A stretch of 18,693 nucleotides of DNA from Candidatus Scalinduaceae bacterium (GTDB taxonomy: Bacteria; Planctomycetota; Brocadiia; Brocadiales; Scalinduaceae). The stretch lies in contig JBHICG010000066.1 of the NCBI GenBank assembly GCA_046759445.1, forward strand, positions 1 through 18,693. The letters are read 5' to 3'. Positions 15,218 through 18,693 of the stretch are shown here, in pieces. A model generated the notes under the pieces. The model was not told the DNA's origin. It did no database searches and saw only the letters and a program-made list of their open reading frames with translations. How positions within the stretch are numbered: position 1 is the stretch's first letter; every line of letters begins with the position of its first letter. A program made the translations under genes and the position numbers.

Positions 15218-16479
15218 ATTATCAATCCTAAAAATAGTCCTGTACCCAACGGGATAGAGATGTTATCTATTTTAAATGGTAATGATTCTATTATACATGA
15301 TATAAATGATACTACCAATGCAGCTTTTAAGGGAATAAAAAAAATAGAGCAGATAAAGGCAGAGACAAAAAAAGCCATTGAACCTTCCATACTTTTCCTA
15401 TGATTATAGGGTATTCTAAGTCTTCCATAGAATCTTCCAATTACTGTTGCTATACTATCCGAAAAAGCCACTATAATTATAACGATACACGCTATTAATT
15501 GTGAAAATAATAACAGGGAAGATATTATGCCCAAAGACAATGTAACAGGAGCCAGGGTAAAACGCCTTTGTTCTTTTGTGCGTATGCATAGTCTTGTAAT
15601 AAGGCTCAAAATAGGAAACGAAATCCCATTAAGCCTTAACAATTCAGAAAACATAAATAACACCGTAATAATTGACAACGAATATAATGTCAGTGTATAG
15701 CTAACACTTGCAAAAAGTGGAATTAATGCAGCGCAAACATGAATTCCCTTGCGTCTAGATTCTTGGAGCCATGAGTAGGCAAATTCATGGCTCAAACTTG
15801 AACTTAATTCCGAGAAAGACGGATCGTCCTCAATCTCTACAGAATCTAAAACCTTTTTAAGGTCATTACCATCCACTATATATTTGGCTTTTTTGCGAAC
15901 AAGGTAATTTGAGTTAAAACCAATACTAGCCTTTGCAAGAGCCATAATATCAAGATTATTTCTATCGTCTCCCACTACAATTACGTCATTCCACGTAATT
16001 GTGTTTTCTTTTAGTATATGTTCAACAATCTGAGCCTTGCCCTCATGGAAGGAAAGTAATCCGCCGATTTGACCAGCAAAGATACCATTATCCATCTTTG
16101 TATCTATTCCATAGCCATAATTTGCATGCAACCTCCTGGCAAGATGTTTCATCAAAAAATCAGGCACTCCACTACTTATCAGTGCTACACAGTGACCCTT
16201 GTTTCTAATATTGCGAATTGCTTCCTCGGCATGTTTTACTATCCTCATTCTGTAATAAATTTGCCAGAATTCTCCTTCTTTTATCCCTTTTAGCCCATTA
16301 TAGACTGTTTCAAGCAATTCACGAATCGTAAAACGATTAATGATGAACAAAAAACACAGAAACAATGCTCGCAAATAAACATAAACACCCGAATACCAGG
16401 AAAGACATAGTAAAAACTGACTTTTGAATATTACGCCATCAGTATCGAAAACTATTAATTTCTTATCTATATTAGCCAT
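15214..16479 (-). CDS. fusion of HAD (SerB-like) hydrolase domain and CTP-dependent phytol/dolichol kinase-like membrane domain
   Basis: The N-terminal part has FDTDGV, LISSG, K and VGDDRNNL HAD motifs. The C-terminal part has RRKGIH, FSDSIATVIGRFYG, KSMEGS and DNISIP cytidylyltransferase-family kinase motifs with several TM helices. Confidence 0.8.
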   Translation of the reverse strand: MANIDKKLIVFDTDGVIFKSQFLLCLSWYSGVYVYLRALFLCFLFIINRFTIRELLETVYNGLKGIKEGEFWQIYYRMRIVKHAEEAIRNIRNKGHCVALISSGVPDFLMKHLARRLHANYGYGIDTKMDNGIFAGQIGGLLSFHEGKAQIVEHILKENTITWNDVIVVGDDRNNLDIMALAKASIGFNSNYLVRKKAKYIVDGNDLKKVLDSVEIEDDPSFSELSSSLSHEFAYSWLQESRRKGIHVCAALIPLFASVSYTLTLYSLSIITVLFMFSELLRLNGISFPILSLITRLCIRTKEQRRFTLAPVTLSLGIISSLLLFSQLIACIVIIIVAFSDSIATVIGRFYGRLRIPYNHRKSMEGSMAFFVSAFICSIFFIPLKAALVVSFISCIIESLPFKIDNISIPLGTGLFLGLII

Positions 16480-16641
16480 AAAATAAATAATGATTTAATA
16501 TATTTTATCAACCTTCACAGAAAAAATACTCCTATAACTTTTACAAAACAGTTATTGCTTTATATCATAAAACAAGATTGTTTATCAACATATTTAGAAA
16601 ATCGATAACTGTATAATAGATACACTAATGTCAGTTTATGT

Positions 16642-16670
16642 TTGACAATTATTCAATTCTTTAGTAACAT
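16642..16670 (+). promoter_or_regulatory. putative sigma70 promoter of cooC-cooS
   Basis: TTGACA-N17-TAACAT, 40 nt upstream of the cooC ATG. Confidence 0.55.
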
Positions 16671-16709
16671 TTATGGTTTTATAATCTCTTAAAAAGGAAC
16701 ATTAATTAA

Positions 16710-17480
16710 ATGAAATTAGCAATCTCTGGCAAGGGTGGTGTAGGAAAGACTACGTTAGTCGCCGCCATGTCAAAACTTTTTGCAGATGAAGGGAATAAGG
16801 TAATAGCCATAGATGCAGATCCCGATACTAATTTAGCTTCTGCTTTGGGTTTCAGAAATGCTGATAAAATTACTCCACTAGTTGAAATGAAAGAGCTCAT
16901 AAAGGAACGCACTGGAGCATCGTCAGACGAATATGGCAAGTTTTTCAAAATGAACCCAACCGTCAATGACCTACCAGAAAAATATTCTTTATCAAACAAT
17001 GGTTTAAGATTAATGACCCTTGGAACAATTAAAAGAGGTGGAGGTGGGTGTGCATGTCCTGAAGGCGTTATGCTAAAGGCTTTACTCAACCATTTAATAT
17101 TACAGAGAGACGAAGTCGTAATCATAGATATGGAAGCTGGTATCGAACATTTGGGAAGAGCATCTATAAGAGCTGTTACTGCTCTTATTGTAGTTGTAGA
17201 ACCTGGCAAAAGAAGTATTAATACTGCATTCCATGTAAAAAAATTGGCAAGTGATATAGGCGTGAAATCTGTCTTTGCAGTAGGTAATAAAGTAATGGCA
17301 GAAGCACATAAGGAATTCCTGATGAATGAACTTCATGAAATACCCTTGCTGGGGTTGATTTCGTATAATAACAAATTAATTGAATCTGATTTAAAAGGAG
17401 TGTCAGCATTTAATGATAACGAACGACTATTATCAGAGGTTAAAGATATAATAATTAAACTAAAGGAGAGTATCCTATGA
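16710..17480 (+). CDS. cooC: CO dehydrogenase nickel-insertion ATPase CooC
   Basis: GKGGVGKTT, DADP, GGGGCACP and DMEAGIEHLGR motifs, directly upstream of CODH. Confidence 0.95.
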   Translation: MKLAISGKGGVGKTTLVAAMSKLFADEGNKVIAIDADPDTNLASALGFRNADKITPLVEMKELIKERTGASSDEYGKFFKMNPTVNDLPEKYSLSNNGLRLMTLGTIKRGGGGCACPEGVMLKALLNHLILQRDEVVIIDMEAGIEHLGRASIRAVTALIVVVEPGKRSINTAFHVKKLASDIGVKSVFAVGNKVMAEAHKEFLMNELHEIPLLGLISYNNKLIESDLKGVSAFNDNERLLSEVKDIIIKLKESIL

Positions 17481-18693
17481 CCAGAACATACGAAGGATCA
17501 GACCAGGTATCTCTGGATTTACTTAAAAAGATGAAAGAGAGTGGGATAGAGAGTGCTTTTGACAGATACGATTCTCAGCAGCCACAATGTGGATTTGGTA
17601 AACTCGGGCTTTGTTGCAGGCACTGTCAGATGGGTCCATGTAACGTTGACCCATTTGGGAGAGGTCCACGAAGGGGCGTCTGTGGTGCTGATGCAAACAC
17701 TATTGCTGCCAGACACTATGTACGTATCGTTGCCGCCGGCGCAGCCGCACATTCTGACCACGGCAGATCAGTCGCACATCTTCTCGTAGCAGTGGCCAGG
17801 GGCGAGGCACCCGGATACAGGATAACGGATGTGAACAAATTGCACGAGGTTGCAAGGGTATTTGATGTATCCACTAAAGACCGCAAGGTTGAGGAAATTG
17901 CTGAGGAAGTTGGAGAAATGGCCCTTGCAGAGTTCGGTAAGGCATATGGTACACAGAAGTTTACAACTCGTGCGCCCATTAACAGGCAAAAGGTATGGGA
18001 AAAGCTTGATGTTACACCGAGGGCAATAGATAGAGAGGTTACAGAGTCCATGCATCGTACAGGCATGGGTACTGATCAAGACTACAAAAATCTTATTATG
18101 CAGGCTTGCAGGACATCACTTGCAGATGGCTGGGGCGGAGCGATGATAGCCACAGAGTTACAAGACATACTCTTTGGCACACCCAAGCCTGTGCGAGGAA
18201 GTGCGAATCTTGGTGTGATAAAGGATGATGAGGTAAACATACTCGTACACGGGCATGAGCCCCAGATGTCAGAGATGATAGCGGTGGCATCTTCTGATGA
18301 GGGGTTATTAAATGAGGCTAAGACAGTGGGGGCAAAGGGGATCAGCGTTGCCGGTGTCTGCTGTACGGCGAATGAGATGCTGATGAGGCATGGGATACCG
18401 CTTGCCGGGCATATGAAGATGCAGGAGATGGCAATAGCCACGGGAGCCATAGAGGTTGTCACAGTGGATATACAGTGTGTGATGCAGGCGGATGTAGATG
18501 TATCGGGGTATTATCACACAAAGATGATAACGACTTCTCCCAAGGCGAAGATAACGGGGGCAGAGCATATAGAGATAAATGATGAGAATGCTTATGAGAA
18601 GGCGAAGGATATAGTAAGGATGGCGATTAAGAACTATCCTAACAGGGACAAGTCTAAGGTATTTATACCGAAGGGTAGCAAGTCTCAATTAGT
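17477..18693 (+). CDS. cooS: anaerobic Ni,Fe carbon monoxide dehydrogenase catalytic subunit, 3'-truncated by window edge (absent from ORF track)
   Basis: The ATG overlaps the cooC stop. The frame reads QPQCGFGKLGLCCRHCQMGPC...GVCGADA, GAAAHSDHGR, HGHEP, GVCCTANE and VDIQC, and is open to the end of the window. Confidence 0.95.
   Translation, partial: MTRTYEGSDQVSLDLLKKMKESGIESAFDRYDSQQPQCGFGKLGLCCRHCQMGPCNVDPFGRGPRRGVCGADANTIAARHYVRIVAAGAAAHSDHGRSVAHLLVAVARGEAPGYRITDVNKLHEVARVFDVSTKDRKVEEIAEEVGEMALAEFGKAYGTQKFTTRAPINRQKVWEKLDVTPRAIDREVTESMHRTGMGTDQDYKNLIMQACRTSLADGWGGAMIATELQDILFGTPKPVRGSANLGVIKDDEVNILVHGHEPQMSEMIAVASSDEGLLNEAKTVGAKGISVAGVCCTANEMLMRHGIPLAGHMKMQEMAIATGAIEVVTVDIQCVMQADVDVSGYYHTKMITTSPKAKITGAEHIEINDENAYEKAKDIVRMAIKNYPNRDKSKVFIPKGSKSQL

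Noticed and set aside
17519..18688. Several 64-126 aa ORFs on both strands
   Set aside because: They overlap the cooS reading frame (17477 to end), which the track omits because it has no stop in the window.

Overview
AT-rich bacterial chromosomal window. Gene content (cooC-cooS CO dehydrogenase, LPS heptosyltransferase) and REP-like repeats are compatible with an anaerobic Gram-negative, possibly an anammox Planctomycete; that assignment is inference only. The left block (+ strand) holds menC-like OSBS (5'-truncated), an SMR transporter, an HtrA/Deg protease, a PNPOx-like protein, a triple zinc-ribbon protein and a GT9 heptosyltransferase. The right block holds a HAD-phosphatase/polyprenol-kinase-like fusion, ruvX and a U32/TrhP-like gene (- strand), then cooC-cooS (+ strand, cooS runs off the end). 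Between them lies an ~8 kb accessory region (about 5250-13370). It contains five toxin-antitoxin modules, three of which have lost or inactivated the toxin, plus a DUF1640-like gene, an atypical LuxR regulator, a secreted beta-helix protein, a 3'-truncated group II intron with a visible EBS1-IBS1 pair, several nested REP/MITE-like elements and candidate structured RNAs. The most striking pattern is that the region appears partitioned by progressively more eroded copies of the 3' end and flank of the U32 gene (13370, 12154, ~10430, ~6290). This suggests serial cassette capture at that gene end, with no integrase in the window.
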